34,217 bases of DNA from Thermoanaerobaculia bacterium (GTDB taxonomy: Bacteria; Acidobacteriota; Thermoanaerobaculia; UBA5066). The stretch lies in NCBI GenBank assembly GCA_038245905.1, contig JBBRRY010000034.1:1-34217 (forward strand), written 5' to 3'. Shown one piece after another: positions 8,002-17,702 of the stretch. Numbering within the stretch: position 1 is the stretch's first letter; each line of letters starts with the position of its first letter. The translations under genes were made by a program, and so were the position numbers. Below the pieces are notes generated by a model. The model ran no database searches and was not told the DNA's origin. It was given only the letters and a program-made list of their open reading frames with translations.

Positions 8002-8288
8002 CGGCCGGTCCGGCGCTCTTCCAGCAGTGCCTCCAGGACTCGCACCGGCTTCCTGGGCTTGTGGGGCGGCAGGGTGATGCGCCGGTGGTCTCGTATCCGT
8101 GGCGGGGTCAGGATGCCCCGGCGAATCGCCTCTTTGGCCCATTCGGGATAGTCGTCCATCGACGCGATCGGTTCGATCCGCGCGATTGGAGTGTTCCGGT
8201 CGAACACGATGACCGTCTCTCCCCGACGGACCTGAGCCAGATATGCCGAAAGGGAATCCCTCAATTTTGAGATTGTGGCGTTCTTCAT
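7998..8288 (-). CDS. Phd/YefM-family antitoxin (96 aa)
   Basis: MKNATISKLRDSLSAYLAQVRRGETVIVFDRNTPIARIEP is a Phd N-terminal DNA-binding signature; C-terminal LEALLEER; directly upstream of vapC. Confidence 0.92.
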   Translation of the reverse strand: MKNATISKLRDSLSAYLAQVRRGETVIVFDRNTPIARIEPIASMDDYPEWAKEAIRRGILTPPRIRDHRRITLPPHKPRKPVRVLEALLEERRTGR

Positions 8289-8294
8289 CACGCC

Positions 8295-8300
8295 ATTGTA
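8295..8300 (-). promoter_or_regulatory. -10 element (TACAAT) of the TA operon, leaderless
   Basis: 6 nt before ATG 8288; flanked by ATGGC direct repeats that may be an autorepression operator. Confidence 0.6.
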
Positions 8301-8352
8301 GCCATATTCAAGACGTACGCCATCCGCTTACGCCGGCTGGCCGCCGCCTGAT

Positions 8353-8368
8353 CGCGATATCGTCTTGC
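8353..8368. repeat. Direct repeat copy 2, CGCGATATCGTCTTGC
   Basis: 15/16 identical to 7540-7555. Confidence 0.5.
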
Positions 8369-8392
8369 GGCACGAGGTGATCCACGTGCCGC
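8367..8392 (-). terminator. GC-rich hairpin downstream of the S46 peptidase (possible terminator without U-tract)
   Basis: GCGGCACG-N10-CGTGCCGC forms a perfect 8-bp stem about 40 nt after the stop; no poly-U follows. Confidence 0.35.
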
Positions 8393-8430
8393 GACGCCGA
8401 ACGCTGGCTCTCTCTGGTCCGGAAAGGGTG

Positions 8431-10665
8431 TCAGTGCGCCGGCGCCGAGATCACGTCGAGGCTCGGTGCCTCGCCGATCTCCTTCAGGAGATTCCCGGCG
8501 CCGTCCACTTCCGTCATCGTCCAGAGCATGTACCGGCTGTCGACGTGGATGGAGCGCGTCTTCTCCGTGTCGTAGAGATAGTCGGAGGCGACGGTGTCGA
8601 ACGTGCCGTCGAAGAGGAGGCCACAGAGCTCGCCCTTCGCGTTGAGCGTGGCCGAGCCCGAATTGCCGCCCGTCGTGTCGACGGTCGAGAGGAAGTTCAC
8701 GGGCACGCTGCCGAGCTTCGGATCGACGTACGGCGTCTTCTTTCCGGCCTTCATCGCCGCGATGGCGTCGAGCTCTTTCTTCGGGGCGTTGAACTCGCCC
8801 GTGCCCGTGGCCTTCTCGACCACGCCCTGGAGTGTCGTCTGCGGGGAGTAGATGAGCCCGTCCCGGGCCGGCACGCCGAGCACGCGGCCGTACGTCACGC
8901 GGAGCGTGCCGTTTGCGTCCGGCGCCGTGAGCCCGCCGCTCTTTTCGAGGACCGCCTCCGCGTAGCGCGCGCCGAGGCGCTCGTAGGCGCCGTCCCGCGT
9001 CTTCGCGCGTTCCCGGTTCGCCTGCCATAAAGGGTCGAGGGCGACCGCCAGAGAGATCATCGGATCCTTCGTGGCGAGGATGTCCACCGTGGGCTTGTCG
9101 AAAAGAGCGAGGCGCACCGCCTTGTCGCCGAGCTTCGTTCCCGCGTAGAGGCGATCGAGAAGCGCGTCGATCTTCTTTCCGGCATCGGCGCCGGACAGGC
9201 CGGCCGAAGGACCGGCTTCCTTGTCGAGGGCCTCGATCCGCTGGCCGGAAGGGAGCTTCGACGCCTCCATGAGGACGTACCTGAGGAGGGCGCGATCGGC
9301 GACGGGATCATAAGAGCGCTGCAGCCGGTCCTGTCCCTCGCGGATCCGGCTCCAGTTGCGCTCCTGGTATTCGGTTTCGCGGTCGAGGTCCTTCTTCGGG
9401 CGCTCCCGCGACAGTTCGTAGAGTGTATGCGCCGCGGGCAGAAGAACACTGCCATTGCCGAGGAGGTCAGAGAGCGTCGTGTCCCGCTCGCGCGTCTTCA
9501 CCCTCTCGGTTTGAAGCGCGTCAAGCGCCGGCAAGACGTCGCCGTAGCTCTTTCGCCGGTTCGGATCCGCGGCGATCCAGGCCGTGAGCTCTTTCTCCAT
9601 GGCTTCCTTCTTCGCGAGCAGGTTGCCCCTCTTGAAGCCCTCGATGACTCCCTTGCGGTTCGTGAGCGTGTTGTTCAGGCCGCGCTTGCGTGTCGCGACG
9701 CGGATCTCGGTTTCCTTGCTCTCCTTGCCGGCCTCGTCGAGGAGGGCGATGAGCTCGGTATTCCGGCGAACCGTGCGCGGGAAGGACCACTCGGCCAGCT
9801 CTCTCGTCTGCGCGTAGGTCGCGAAGCGCTGCGTACGACCCGGGTAGCCCGCCACGAAAACGAGATCTCCGGGGCCGGCGCCTTCGGGCGAGACTTTGAG
9901 CCAGTGCTTCGGCTTGAAGGGAACGTTCTCTTTCGCATACGCCACGGACTTGCCCGAGGGCGAGACGTACGCGCGATAGAAGGACCAGTCACCCGTGTGG
10001 CGCGGCCACTGCCAGTTGTCGGTCTCGCCGCCGAAATTGCCGATGCCCTCCGCCGGCGCGTAGACGAGCCGCACATCCTGAATCTCCATCTGGGCCATCT
10101 CGAAGTACTTCAGGCCGTCGAAGAACGACGCGACTCGGCAGCGCAGGCCATCCTTCTCGCAGGCCGCGGTGCGCTCCTTGATGCGTTTCTCGACGACCTC
10201 GTGCCGGTCGCGATCGGAGAGCTTCGGATCGAGCTTGCCCGTGATCTCCGCCGTGACGTCCTGGACGGACGTCGTGACGTAGACGCGCGAGCCGGGTCCC
10301 GCGGTCAGCTCCTGGTCGCGAGCGGAGGCCAGGAAGCCGTCCTCGAGGAGGTTCTTCTGGGGCGTCGAGTTGAACTGGAGGGCACCCTGCACGCAGTGGT
10401 GGTTCGTGACGATGAGCCCGTCGGGCGACACGAAGGAGGCGCTGCAGCCGCCGAGGGACACGATGGCGCCCATCGGCTGTCCCGTGAGGTCCGCGAATGC
10501 CTGCGGATCGCCGCGGAAGCCCATCGCCTTGAGCCGTTCGGCAAGCTGCGGGATCTGCTGCGGCATCCACATGCCCTCCTCCGCCCGCGCGGCGGCAGGC
10601 AGAAGCGCCAGGCAGGAGGCGAGGCAGAAGGCAAGGGTGAGAACGAAGCTCGGGCGGGTCTTCAC
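8431..10665 (-). CDS. S46 family dipeptidyl peptidase, DPP7/DAP BII-like (744 aa)
   Basis: Signal peptide then EEGMW; GGCSASFVS.DGLIVTNHHC; NWQWPRHTGD; TTGGNSGS. FDG at Ser+18 is DPP7-type rather than the Arg of DPP11. SD GAGGAGG before GTG 10665; CATAAT at 10735-10730. Confidence 0.93.
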   Translation of the reverse strand: MKTRPSFVLTLAFCLASCLALLPAAARAEEGMWMPQQIPQLAERLKAMGFRGDPQAFADLTGQPMGAIVSLGGCSASFVSPDGLIVTNHHCVQGALQFNSTPQKNLLEDGFLASARDQELTAGPGSRVYVTTSVQDVTAEITGKLDPKLSDRDRHEVVEKRIKERTAACEKDGLRCRVASFFDGLKYFEMAQMEIQDVRLVYAPAEGIGNFGGETDNWQWPRHTGDWSFYRAYVSPSGKSVAYAKENVPFKPKHWLKVSPEGAGPGDLVFVAGYPGRTQRFATYAQTRELAEWSFPRTVRRNTELIALLDEAGKESKETEIRVATRKRGLNNTLTNRKGVIEGFKRGNLLAKKEAMEKELTAWIAADPNRRKSYGDVLPALDALQTERVKTRERDTTLSDLLGNGSVLLPAAHTLYELSRERPKKDLDRETEYQERNWSRIREGQDRLQRSYDPVADRALLRYVLMEASKLPSGQRIEALDKEAGPSAGLSGADAGKKIDALLDRLYAGTKLGDKAVRLALFDKPTVDILATKDPMISLAVALDPLWQANRERAKTRDGAYERLGARYAEAVLEKSGGLTAPDANGTLRVTYGRVLGVPARDGLIYSPQTTLQGVVEKATGTGEFNAPKKELDAIAAMKAGKKTPYVDPKLGSVPVNFLSTVDTTGGNSGSATLNAKGELCGLLFDGTFDTVASDYLYDTEKTRSIHVDSRYMLWTMTEVDGAGNLLKEIGEAPSLDVISAPAH

Positions 10666-10791
10666 GTAATCCTCCTCGAGAAAGCTCGGGACATCAGGCG
10701 CCTCTTCGGGAGGCGCGGGCAAACGTCGAATTATGCTCCCGAATCACGGTCTTCGGGCCCTCGCCCTCGTCAAGTATTCTGTGGGCTCCAG

Positions 10792-11682
10792 ATGAAGTTG
10801 CCGAAGCCTCCCCTCACGGCCGATCTCGACGAGCTCCTGACACGCGCCTTTACCGAGGACGGCGAGGACATCACGTCCCTCGCCGTCTTCGGACCGGCCG
10901 CCCGCGTCACCGCGAAGATGGTCTGCCGTGAGCGCGCCGTGATCTCCGGGGCGGCGTTCCTGCCCCGGCTCTTCGCCTTCCTCTCCCCGCCGGCCCGCGT
11001 CACGCTCCTGGTCGCGGACGGCGACCTCGTGAAGAGGGGGACCGTGCTGGCCGAGATCGAAGGGCCCGCGATCACCGTGCTGGCCGTCGAACGCACGGCG
11101 CTCAACCTCGTGCAACGGCTCACCGGGATCGCCACCTTGACGCGCGCATACGTGGATGCGTTGAAGGGGACCGGAGCCGTCCTCCTCGACACGCGCAAGA
11201 CGACACCCGGCCTCCGGTCCTTCGAGCGGTACGCGGTGCGTTGCGGCGGCGGCACGAACCACCGCCCCGGCCTCTCGGGCGGCTTCCTCGTGAAAGACAA
11301 CCACGCCGATGGCGCCGGCTCGACGTGGGAGGCGACCCGGCGCGCCGCCGACTTCCGCGCACTGAACCGCCGCCTGCGTGGCCTCCTCCTGGAGGCCGAG
11401 GCGCGCACCCTCGACGAGGTGCATCAGGCGCTCGACGCCGGCGCCGAACGCGTCCTGCTCGACAACATGACGGCTGCCGCGATGGCGAAGTCGGTGGTCG
11501 ACGTGAAGCTCTTCAACGAAGCGACGGGCGCCGAGGTCACGACGGAGGCCTCGGGCCGCATGACGCCGGACACCGCACGCGCGGCCGCCAGGGCGGGCGT
11601 CGACTTCGTCTCGGCGGGCGCTCTCACACATTCGGCGCGCGCGATCGACATCGCGCTCGACGTGGTCGCGGGGAGAAAGTGA
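10792..11682 (+). CDS. nadC: Nicotinate-nucleotide diphosphorylase (quinolinate phosphoribosyltransferase) (296 aa)
   Basis: ED..DITS, ERTALN, DTRKTTPGLR, NHR, KDNH, LLDNM, EASG, S.GALTHS. True start is ATG 10792, not 9427; TATTCT at 10775-10780. Confidence 0.95.
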   Translation: MKLPKPPLTADLDELLTRAFTEDGEDITSLAVFGPAARVTAKMVCRERAVISGAAFLPRLFAFLSPPARVTLLVADGDLVKRGTVLAEIEGPAITVLAVERTALNLVQRLTGIATLTRAYVDALKGTGAVLLDTRKTTPGLRSFERYAVRCGGGTNHRPGLSGGFLVKDNHADGAGSTWEATRRAADFRALNRRLRGLLLEAEARTLDEVHQALDAGAERVLLDNMTAAAMAKSVVDVKLFNEATGAEVTTEASGRMTPDTARAAARAGVDFVSAGALTHSARAIDIALDVVAGRK

Positions 11683-13280
11683 AGCCCTTTCCCGCGCGCT
11701 TCCATACACCGGTGCTCGTTCTGGGCACGGGAATCGCGGGCCTGACCACCGCCCTCACGCTCGCGCGCCGCGGCGTGAAGGTGCTCGTCCTCACGAAGGC
11801 AAAGGAGCCCGAGGACTGCAACACGGCCTGGGCGCAGGGCGGGATCATCTACTTCGGCAAGAAGGACTCGCCCCGCTCTCTCGTGAAGGACATCCTCCTC
11901 GCCGGCGCTGGCCTGTGCCAGCCCGAAGCCGTGGAATTCCTCGCCCGCCGCGGTCCCCAGGCCGTGAAGGAGATCCTCCTCGACACGGTCGGCGTCCAAT
12001 TCTCACGCACGACGCGCGGCGAGCTGGATTTCACGCGGGAAGGCGCGCATTCGGTTGCGCGCATCGTCCATTCGGCCGACGCCACCGGACGAGCGATCGA
12101 GACGGCCCTCCTCGCCCGGCTCTCCACCGAGAAGAACGTCACGCTCTTCACGGAAGCGGCCGCGATCGACCTCATCACGGCGCGCCACCAGTCGCGGGAC
12201 GTCGCCCAGCGGTACGCGCTTCAGGATCCCTGCCTGGGCGCGTACGTGCTCGACGGTCAGGGGAAAGTCCATACGGTCCTCGCCGACTTCACGGTGCTCG
12301 CGACCGGCGGCGTCGGCCGCCTCTTCCTCCACACGACGAACACGCAGCACGCGATCGGCGGCGGTCTCGCGATGGCCGAGCGCGCGGGCGCGGCCACGCT
12401 GAACCTCGAGTACGTCCAGTTTCACCCGACGACGCTCTATCGCCCCGACGCTCAGGGCTTTCTCATCTCCGAGGCGCTTCGCGGTGAGGGTGCGGTCCTC
12501 GTGAACCGCGCGGGCGAGGCCTTCATGAGCCGCTACTCTCCGAAGCTCAAGGATCTCGCGCCGCGCGACGTCGTGACCCGGGCAATCGTCGAGGAGATGA
12601 CGTCGCGCGGCGAGCCCTGCGTCTATCTCGATCTCGCGCACCATTACCGCGTTCACGAGGGACAAGACATCCGGGAAAGATTCCCGACCATCGCGGCCAC
12701 GTGCGCGACGTTCGGGATCGACATCGCGAAGGAGCCCATTCCGGTCGTCCCGGCGGCGCATTACCACTGCGGGGGCGTCCTCGCGGACCTCGAAGGCAAG
12801 ACGACGATCCGGCGCCTGTACGCCGTGGGCGAGGTGTCGTGCACGGGCGTCCACGGAGCCAACCGGCTCGCGTCGACCTCTCTCCTCGAGGGGCTCGTCT
12901 GGGGAGACGCGGCCGGCCGGTCGATCGCGGCACGCCTGAAGAGGGGCGAGCCGCTCGGGCCGCGCGTTTTTCGCGCGATTCCCGACTGGCAGTCTCCGGG
13001 CGACGCGCAGAACCAGGACCCCGCGCTCCTCCAGCAGGACTGGGCCACGATCCGCACCACGCTCTGGAACTACGTCGGCATCGTGCGCACGACGGCGCGG
13101 CTCGCGCGCGCGGTGGCCGACCTGCGCGATCTCGAGAAGCGCATCCTGCGCTTCTACCAGGTGACGAAGATCTCGAAGGAGATCGTCGACCTCACCCACG
13201 GGATCCGCGCCGCGCACCTCATCGCGACCGCGGCCTTCCGCAACCCGGAGTCGCGCGGCTGCCACTACCGGAAGAGCTGA
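11679..13280 (+). CDS. nadB: L-aspartate oxidase (533 aa)
   Basis: GTGIAG FAD motif, WAQGGI, REGAHS..RIVH, LATGG, QFHPT, LISEALRGEG, LAPRDVV, PAAHY.CGG, GVHGANRLASTSLLEG, ESRGCHYR. GTGA overlap with the nadC stop. Confidence 0.95.
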   Translation: MKPFPARFHTPVLVLGTGIAGLTTALTLARRGVKVLVLTKAKEPEDCNTAWAQGGIIYFGKKDSPRSLVKDILLAGAGLCQPEAVEFLARRGPQAVKEILLDTVGVQFSRTTRGELDFTREGAHSVARIVHSADATGRAIETALLARLSTEKNVTLFTEAAAIDLITARHQSRDVAQRYALQDPCLGAYVLDGQGKVHTVLADFTVLATGGVGRLFLHTTNTQHAIGGGLAMAERAGAATLNLEYVQFHPTTLYRPDAQGFLISEALRGEGAVLVNRAGEAFMSRYSPKLKDLAPRDVVTRAIVEEMTSRGEPCVYLDLAHHYRVHEGQDIRERFPTIAATCATFGIDIAKEPIPVVPAAHYHCGGVLADLEGKTTIRRLYAVGEVSCTGVHGANRLASTSLLEGLVWGDAAGRSIAARLKRGEPLGPRVFRAIPDWQSPGDAQNQDPALLQQDWATIRTTLWNYVGIVRTTARLARAVADLRDLEKRILRFYQVTKISKEIVDLTHGIRAAHLIATAAFRNPESRGCHYRKS

Positions 13281-13292
13281 AGCAAAGACGTC

Positions 13293-15734
13293 TCAGTTCG
13301 CGGCGGCCGGCCGCGCCTGCGCCTCCGCCTTCACCCTCGCCGCATACGCCGCCGCCCGCTCCGGCTTGCCCCAATCCGTGTAGAGCTTGACGAGGAGCTT
13401 GAACACACGTTGCGTCAGGCCGGCGTCCTCGCCGTTCGCCTTCGCGAAAATTTCCGCGCAGCGGCGCAGCGGCGCTTCCGCCTCCGTGTACTTCTTCTCC
13501 AGGCGAAGCGTGTCGCCGTAGCCGAGGAGCGTGACGCCGACGTCCGGGTGATCCGGGCCCAGCCGCTTCGTCAGCCGTTCGATCGCCTCGGGATAGGCCT
13601 TCTCGGCGGCGGGCAGGTTCCCGGCCAGCTTATAAACGGTCGCCACGTTTGCGAGGGTGCGCGCAACCGGCTCCGAGTCGTCGCCCAGCACCTTGCGCCG
13701 CGTGGCGAGAACCGTCTCGAGGAGGGCCGCCGTCTTGTCGAACCTCTTCATCCGCGCGTAGACGTTTCCGAGGTTCTCGCGGACGCTCGCGATCTCCGGG
13801 TGGTCCTCCCCGAGGAGCGCGACGTCGAGGGCGATGGCCTCGAGATACGCGCGCTCGGCGCCAGCCAGGTCGCCCCCGTACATCAGCCCGAGTGCATAGT
13901 CGTTCGTCGCGCTCGCGATGTCCGGGTGGCGTTGCCCGAACCGTGCCTTCAGCAGCTCGAGACGCTCTTTCGCGAGTGGCGCGGCCCTTTTCGCGTCGCC
14001 TTCATCGCCGGTGTTGAAAGCCTGGACGAGGACGAGAAGCGCGCCTGTCTCGGCCTTCGCCGCGATGTCGCGGTCTTCCTTCGACGCCGCATTCCGGCTG
14101 AGGCGCGCGATCCGGAGCAGCTCCTCCGCAAGCGCCTTCGCCTCCGGGGGCCGCCCGGCTCCCTCGACCGCGGTCGCATAGGCGTAGAGAGCCGGCGCCG
14201 TCCCGAGGCCCGTCGGCCCGTGAAGGGCGCGCTCGATTTCGAGGGCCTCTTTCCCGTGCTTTTCGGCGTCCGCGAACTTTTTCCCGAACGACTCGGCACC
14301 CGAGAGTGCCACGAGCGCCTCCGCGGCCTCCGCGCTGCTCTTTCCGGCAGCGGCGACGCGCAGGTCGTACGACGCGCGCAGGGATTTTTCGGCCTCGTCG
14401 GCCTCGGCGAGGTTCGAGAATGTCGTCCCGATCGTCTGGAGGACCGACGCCTGAATGAGCGGCTGCGTCTTCAAGGATGTCTCCGCCTTGGCGCGCGCCT
14501 GCCGCAGCGCGTCGAGGAGCGTCACGTTGCGCGAGCCCTTTCCCCACGGGTCCGCGGCTCCGAGCGCGTCCTGGAGAAACGCATTGATCGCGCCGGCCTT
14601 CGCCGCTTCAGCCGTCGCGCGGTCGCGCTCTTTGCGCACGCGCTGCGCCTGTACCGCCATCGTGATCGCGAGGACGACGAGGAGCGCCGCGATCGCGCCC
14701 GCCGCCGCAACACTGCCGCGGTGCCGCGACGCGAGCTTCCGGAGCTGGTACATCGTGCTCGGCGGATGCGCGAGGATCGGCCGGCTCTCGAGGTAACGCT
14801 CCACGTCGTCCGCGAGGTCCGACGCGCTCTGGTACCGCTGGACGGGATTCTTGTCGAGCGCCTTCTCCGCGATCGTCCTGAGGTCCGCGTCGATCGCGTC
14901 TCCCGCTGCGGTCTCCCGGAGCGGGCGGGGCGGCACCTCGCAGATGGCGTGGAGCGCCTGCACGAGCGAGCCGCTCGTGTCCACGGGCTGCCGGCCGGAC
15001 AGGATCTCGTAGAGGAGGGCGCCCAGCGCGTAGACGTCGGTCCTGAGGTCGATCTCCCGGCTGTCCCCGCGCGCCTGCTCCGGGCTCATGTATGGAAGCG
15101 TCCCCTTGATCAGCCCGATCTCGCTCATCACGGTCGCCGCGGCCACGTCCGCGTCCGTGATGCGCGCCAGCCCGAAGTCGAGGACCTTCACCTCGCCCGC
15201 CTCGGTCACGACGAGGTTCGAAGGCTTGAGGTCGCGGTGGATGACGCCTCGCTGGTGCGCGTAGTTCACGGCGCGGCAGATCGTGACAAAGAGCCTGATG
15301 CGTTCTTTCAGCTGCTCGCGGCTCGGCGCCTCGCCGCCCTGCCGGTCCCTCACGAACTGGCTCAGTGTCTTCCCGCGGACGAGCTCCATCGTGAAGAAGT
15401 GCTGCCCGTCCTCCGTGCGGCCCGCCTCGTAGATCGCGGCGATGTTCGGGTGGGCGAGCCGCGCGAGCGTCTCGGCCTCGCGGCGGAACATGCGGAGGTA
15501 CGCCTCGTCCACGAAGTGGCCGCCGCGCACGACCTTCAGCGCGACGTTGCGGCGCGGGTTCTGCTGTTCAGCCTCGTAGACGATTCCCATCCCGCCTTCG
15601 CCGAGCTTGCCGACGATCCGGAAGCCGCCGATGGCGAGGGGCAAACTTTCGGGTGCCAACGGAACGGGCGTCCGCCCCACATCCAGCGTCGGGCCCCCGG
15701 TGACCGGGCCGACGTCCGATTCGTGTTCCGTCAT
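13293..15734 (-). CDS. Hanks-type Ser/Thr protein kinase with TM helix and C-terminal TPR repeats (813 aa)
   Basis: GEGGMG, VALK, HRDLKPSN, DFG, GTLPYMSPEQ, DVYALG; TM at SVAAAGAIAALLVVLAITMAV; repeated LG.DHP..A....NLG units. Confidence 0.95.
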   Translation of the reverse strand: MTEHESDVGPVTGGPTLDVGRTPVPLAPESLPLAIGGFRIVGKLGEGGMGIVYEAEQQNPRRNVALKVVRGGHFVDEAYLRMFRREAETLARLAHPNIAAIYEAGRTEDGQHFFTMELVRGKTLSQFVRDRQGGEAPSREQLKERIRLFVTICRAVNYAHQRGVIHRDLKPSNLVVTEAGEVKVLDFGLARITDADVAAATVMSEIGLIKGTLPYMSPEQARGDSREIDLRTDVYALGALLYEILSGRQPVDTSGSLVQALHAICEVPPRPLRETAAGDAIDADLRTIAEKALDKNPVQRYQSASDLADDVERYLESRPILAHPPSTMYQLRKLASRHRGSVAAAGAIAALLVVLAITMAVQAQRVRKERDRATAEAAKAGAINAFLQDALGAADPWGKGSRNVTLLDALRQARAKAETSLKTQPLIQASVLQTIGTTFSNLAEADEAEKSLRASYDLRVAAAGKSSAEAAEALVALSGAESFGKKFADAEKHGKEALEIERALHGPTGLGTAPALYAYATAVEGAGRPPEAKALAEELLRIARLSRNAASKEDRDIAAKAETGALLVLVQAFNTGDEGDAKRAAPLAKERLELLKARFGQRHPDIASATNDYALGLMYGGDLAGAERAYLEAIALDVALLGEDHPEIASVRENLGNVYARMKRFDKTAALLETVLATRRKVLGDDSEPVARTLANVATVYKLAGNLPAAEKAYPEAIERLTKRLGPDHPDVGVTLLGYGDTLRLEKKYTEAEAPLRRCAEIFAKANGEDAGLTQRVFKLLVKLYTDWGKPERAAAYAARVKAEAQARPAAAN

Positions 15735-15760
15735 GAAGTGAAAACGAGTCTACGCCGACA

Positions 15761-16672
15761 TCAATCGGGAACGAGGATCTTCACCCGCCCCGCCGCGGGA
15801 CCGACCGTCACGGGTGTCGTGCCGGTGCCATCGCCGTCTACCTGCACTTCGAGCTCGTAGCCCGCGAGCGACCGCGCCGTGAACGAGCGCACGGTCATCC
15901 GCGAGACTCCTTCGTCGAGGAGGTGCGCGGCCTTCCCGCGAGAGAGGTGGTGGTAGAAGAACATGAGCGTCTTTCGTGAGCGCGAGGAGAAGAGGACGAG
16001 GTCGAGAAGCTCACTTTCAGGGTCCGCAAACGGGGAGAGGATCGGGTCGCCGCCGTAGCGACGCGTGTTCGCCGACAGAACGAACGTCGCCTCTCGCCGG
16101 AACGGCTTGCCCTCCGCGTCGACGCCTTCGACCTCGATCGCGGGAAACTCGTACTTCGCCCATTCGAGCGTCGCGGTCCAGCCGATGCCGGTGCGGCCGA
16201 ACAGGCGCTTGAGCACCGGGACGGTGTGCGCCATGACGCGCGCGTCGAAGCCGACGCCCGCGCCGATCACACAGGCGCGGCCCGCGATGCGGAAGACGGT
16301 CAGGGGGCGCGTGCGTTTCGAGAACAGGGCCTCCTCGGCCGCTCCTGGGTCCGCGACTCCGTACTCGCGCGCGACGACATTCGTCGTCCCGGCCGGGAGA
16401 ATGGCAATCGGGACGTCCGTCCCGAGTAGCGCCTCGGCGGCCTCGCCGAGCGTGCCGTCTCCGCCCGCGACCGCGACGAGATCGAGGTCCTTCCCGAGTC
16501 GTGCGGCGACGAGCTCCGTCGCATGCCGCGGCCGCTCCGTGGGGATCGCCTCGAGAGCGAGGTCGCGAGCGGCCGCACGCGCCACGATCCCGGGAACGTC
16601 GATGCGCCGCGCCGCGCCGCCCGCCTTCGGGTTGTATACGAGGATTCCGCGCCGCGGCCGCGCGTCAGCCAA
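15761..16672 (-). CDS. Diacylglycerol/lipid kinase family protein (YegS/DAGK-like)
   Basis: NPKAG, GGDGT, P.GTTNV.A, GVGFDA, QVDGD. The TTG start overlaps the ruvB stop by 8 nt. Confidence 0.9.
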   Translation of the reverse strand: MADARPRRGILVYNPKAGGAARRIDVPGIVARAAARDLALEAIPTERPRHATELVAARLGKDLDLVAVAGGDGTLGEAAEALLGTDVPIAILPAGTTNVVAREYGVADPGAAEEALFSKRTRPLTVFRIAGRACVIGAGVGFDARVMAHTVPVLKRLFGRTGIGWTATLEWAKYEFPAIEVEGVDAEGKPFRREATFVLSANTRRYGGDPILSPFADPESELLDLVLFSSRSRKTLMFFYHHLSRGKAAHLLDEGVSRMTVRSFTARSLAGYELEVQVDGDGTGTTPVTVGPAAGRVKILVPD

Positions 16673-17684
16673 ACAGCGTTCCCGGTCCCGAGGCCGGCTT
16701 GAGCCCGAGATGGCGGTAGGCCAGCGCGGAGGCGACGCGGCCCTTCGGCGTCCGCTGGAGGAACCCCGACTGCAGAAGGAAGGGCTCGTACAGGTCCTCG
16801 AGAGTGCCCTTGTCCTCGCCGAGCGAATGTGCGAGCGCCGAGAGGCCGACCGGACCGCCCGCGAAGCGCTCGATGACGAGCGTGAGGATGCGGCGGTCGA
16901 TCTCGTCGAGGCCGTGCTGGTCCACCTCGAGCTTGTCGAGGGCCACCTCGGCCGCGCGCTCGGTGATCGCGCTCTCCCCCGCCACTTCGGCGTAGTCCCT
17001 CACGCGGCGGAGGAGGCGGTTCGCGATGCGCGGCGTGCCGCGGCTGCGGCGGGCGATCTCGCGGGCCCCCGCGGGCTCGACAGGGCAGCTGAGAATCGCG
17101 GACGAGCGCGTCACGATCGTCGCGAGCGCCTCGGCGTCGTAGAAGTCGAGCCGGTGCGTGATGCCGAATCGCGCCGTGAATGGCTGTGACAGGAGGCCGG
17201 CCCGCGTCGTGGCGCCCACGAGCGTGAACGGCGGAAGCCGGAGCTCGACCGTGCGCGCGCCCGGCCCCGTGCCGATCACGAGATCCAGCTTCCCGTCCTC
17301 CATCGCCGGGTAAAGGATCTCCTCGACCGCGGGCGGCATGCGGTGGATCTCGTCCACGAAGAGGACGTCGCCCGGCGCGAGGTTCGTGAGGATCGCGGCG
17401 AGATCACCGGCCTTCTCGAGGACGGGGCCGGACGTGACGCGGATCTGCGCGCCCATCTCGCGCGCGATGATGTGGGCGAGCGTCGTCTTCCCGAGGCCGG
17501 GAGGGCCACAGAGCAGGACGTGGTCCAGCGGCTCCTGCCGTTGTCGCGCCGCCTGCAGGAATACGCCGAGCGTCGCCTTCAGCTTCGGCTGCCCGATGAA
17601 CTCCATGAGCGCGCGAGGGCGGAGCGTGACCTCGGGATCCGCCTCGGCCGTCTGCAGCACGCCCGAGAGAATTCGCTCGTCCAT
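16665..17684 (-). CDS. ruvB: Holliday junction branch migration helicase RuvB
   Basis: [64 protein letters not shown]. Confidence 0.98.
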   Translation of the reverse strand: MDERILSGVLQTAEADPEVTLRPRALMEFIGQPKLKATLGVFLQAARQRQEPLDHVLLCGPPGLGKTTLAHIIAREMGAQIRVTSGPVLEKAGDLAAILTNLAPGDVLFVDEIHRMPPAVEEILYPAMEDGKLDLVIGTGPGARTVELRLPPFTLVGATTRAGLLSQPFTARFGITHRLDFYDAEALATIVTRSSAILSCPVEPAGAREIARRSRGTPRIANRLLRRVRDYAEVAGESAITERAAEVALDKLEVDQHGLDEIDRRILTLVIERFAGGPVGLSALAHSLGEDKGTLEDLYEPFLLQSGFLQRTPKGRVASALAYRHLGLKPASGPGTLFG

Positions 17685-17691
17685 CGAAGGG

Positions 17692-17697
17692 ATTATG
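17692..17697 (-). promoter_or_regulatory. -10 element (CATAAT) of an internal leaderless promoter for ruvB
   Basis: 7 nt before ATG 17684, inside the 18-nt ruvA-ruvB gap; no SD. Confidence 0.55.
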
Positions 17698-17702
17698 GCG
17701 CG

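Noticed and set aside
9427-10791. Apparent 455-aa N-terminal extension of NadC (751-aa ORF)
   Set aside because: It is the antisense shadow of the S46 peptidase; NadC homology begins at ATG 10792.
11241-11678. N-terminal extension of NadB
   Set aside because: Arg-rich off-frame read of nadC; the GTGA coupling at 11679 gives a normal-length NadB.
13410-15860. Long antisense ORFs (816 aa here; also 209-1717, 4550-6571, 22601-25072, 25473-27506 and others)
   Set aside because: Expected shadow frames in high-GC DNA. They lie opposite well-supported genes and have no motifs.
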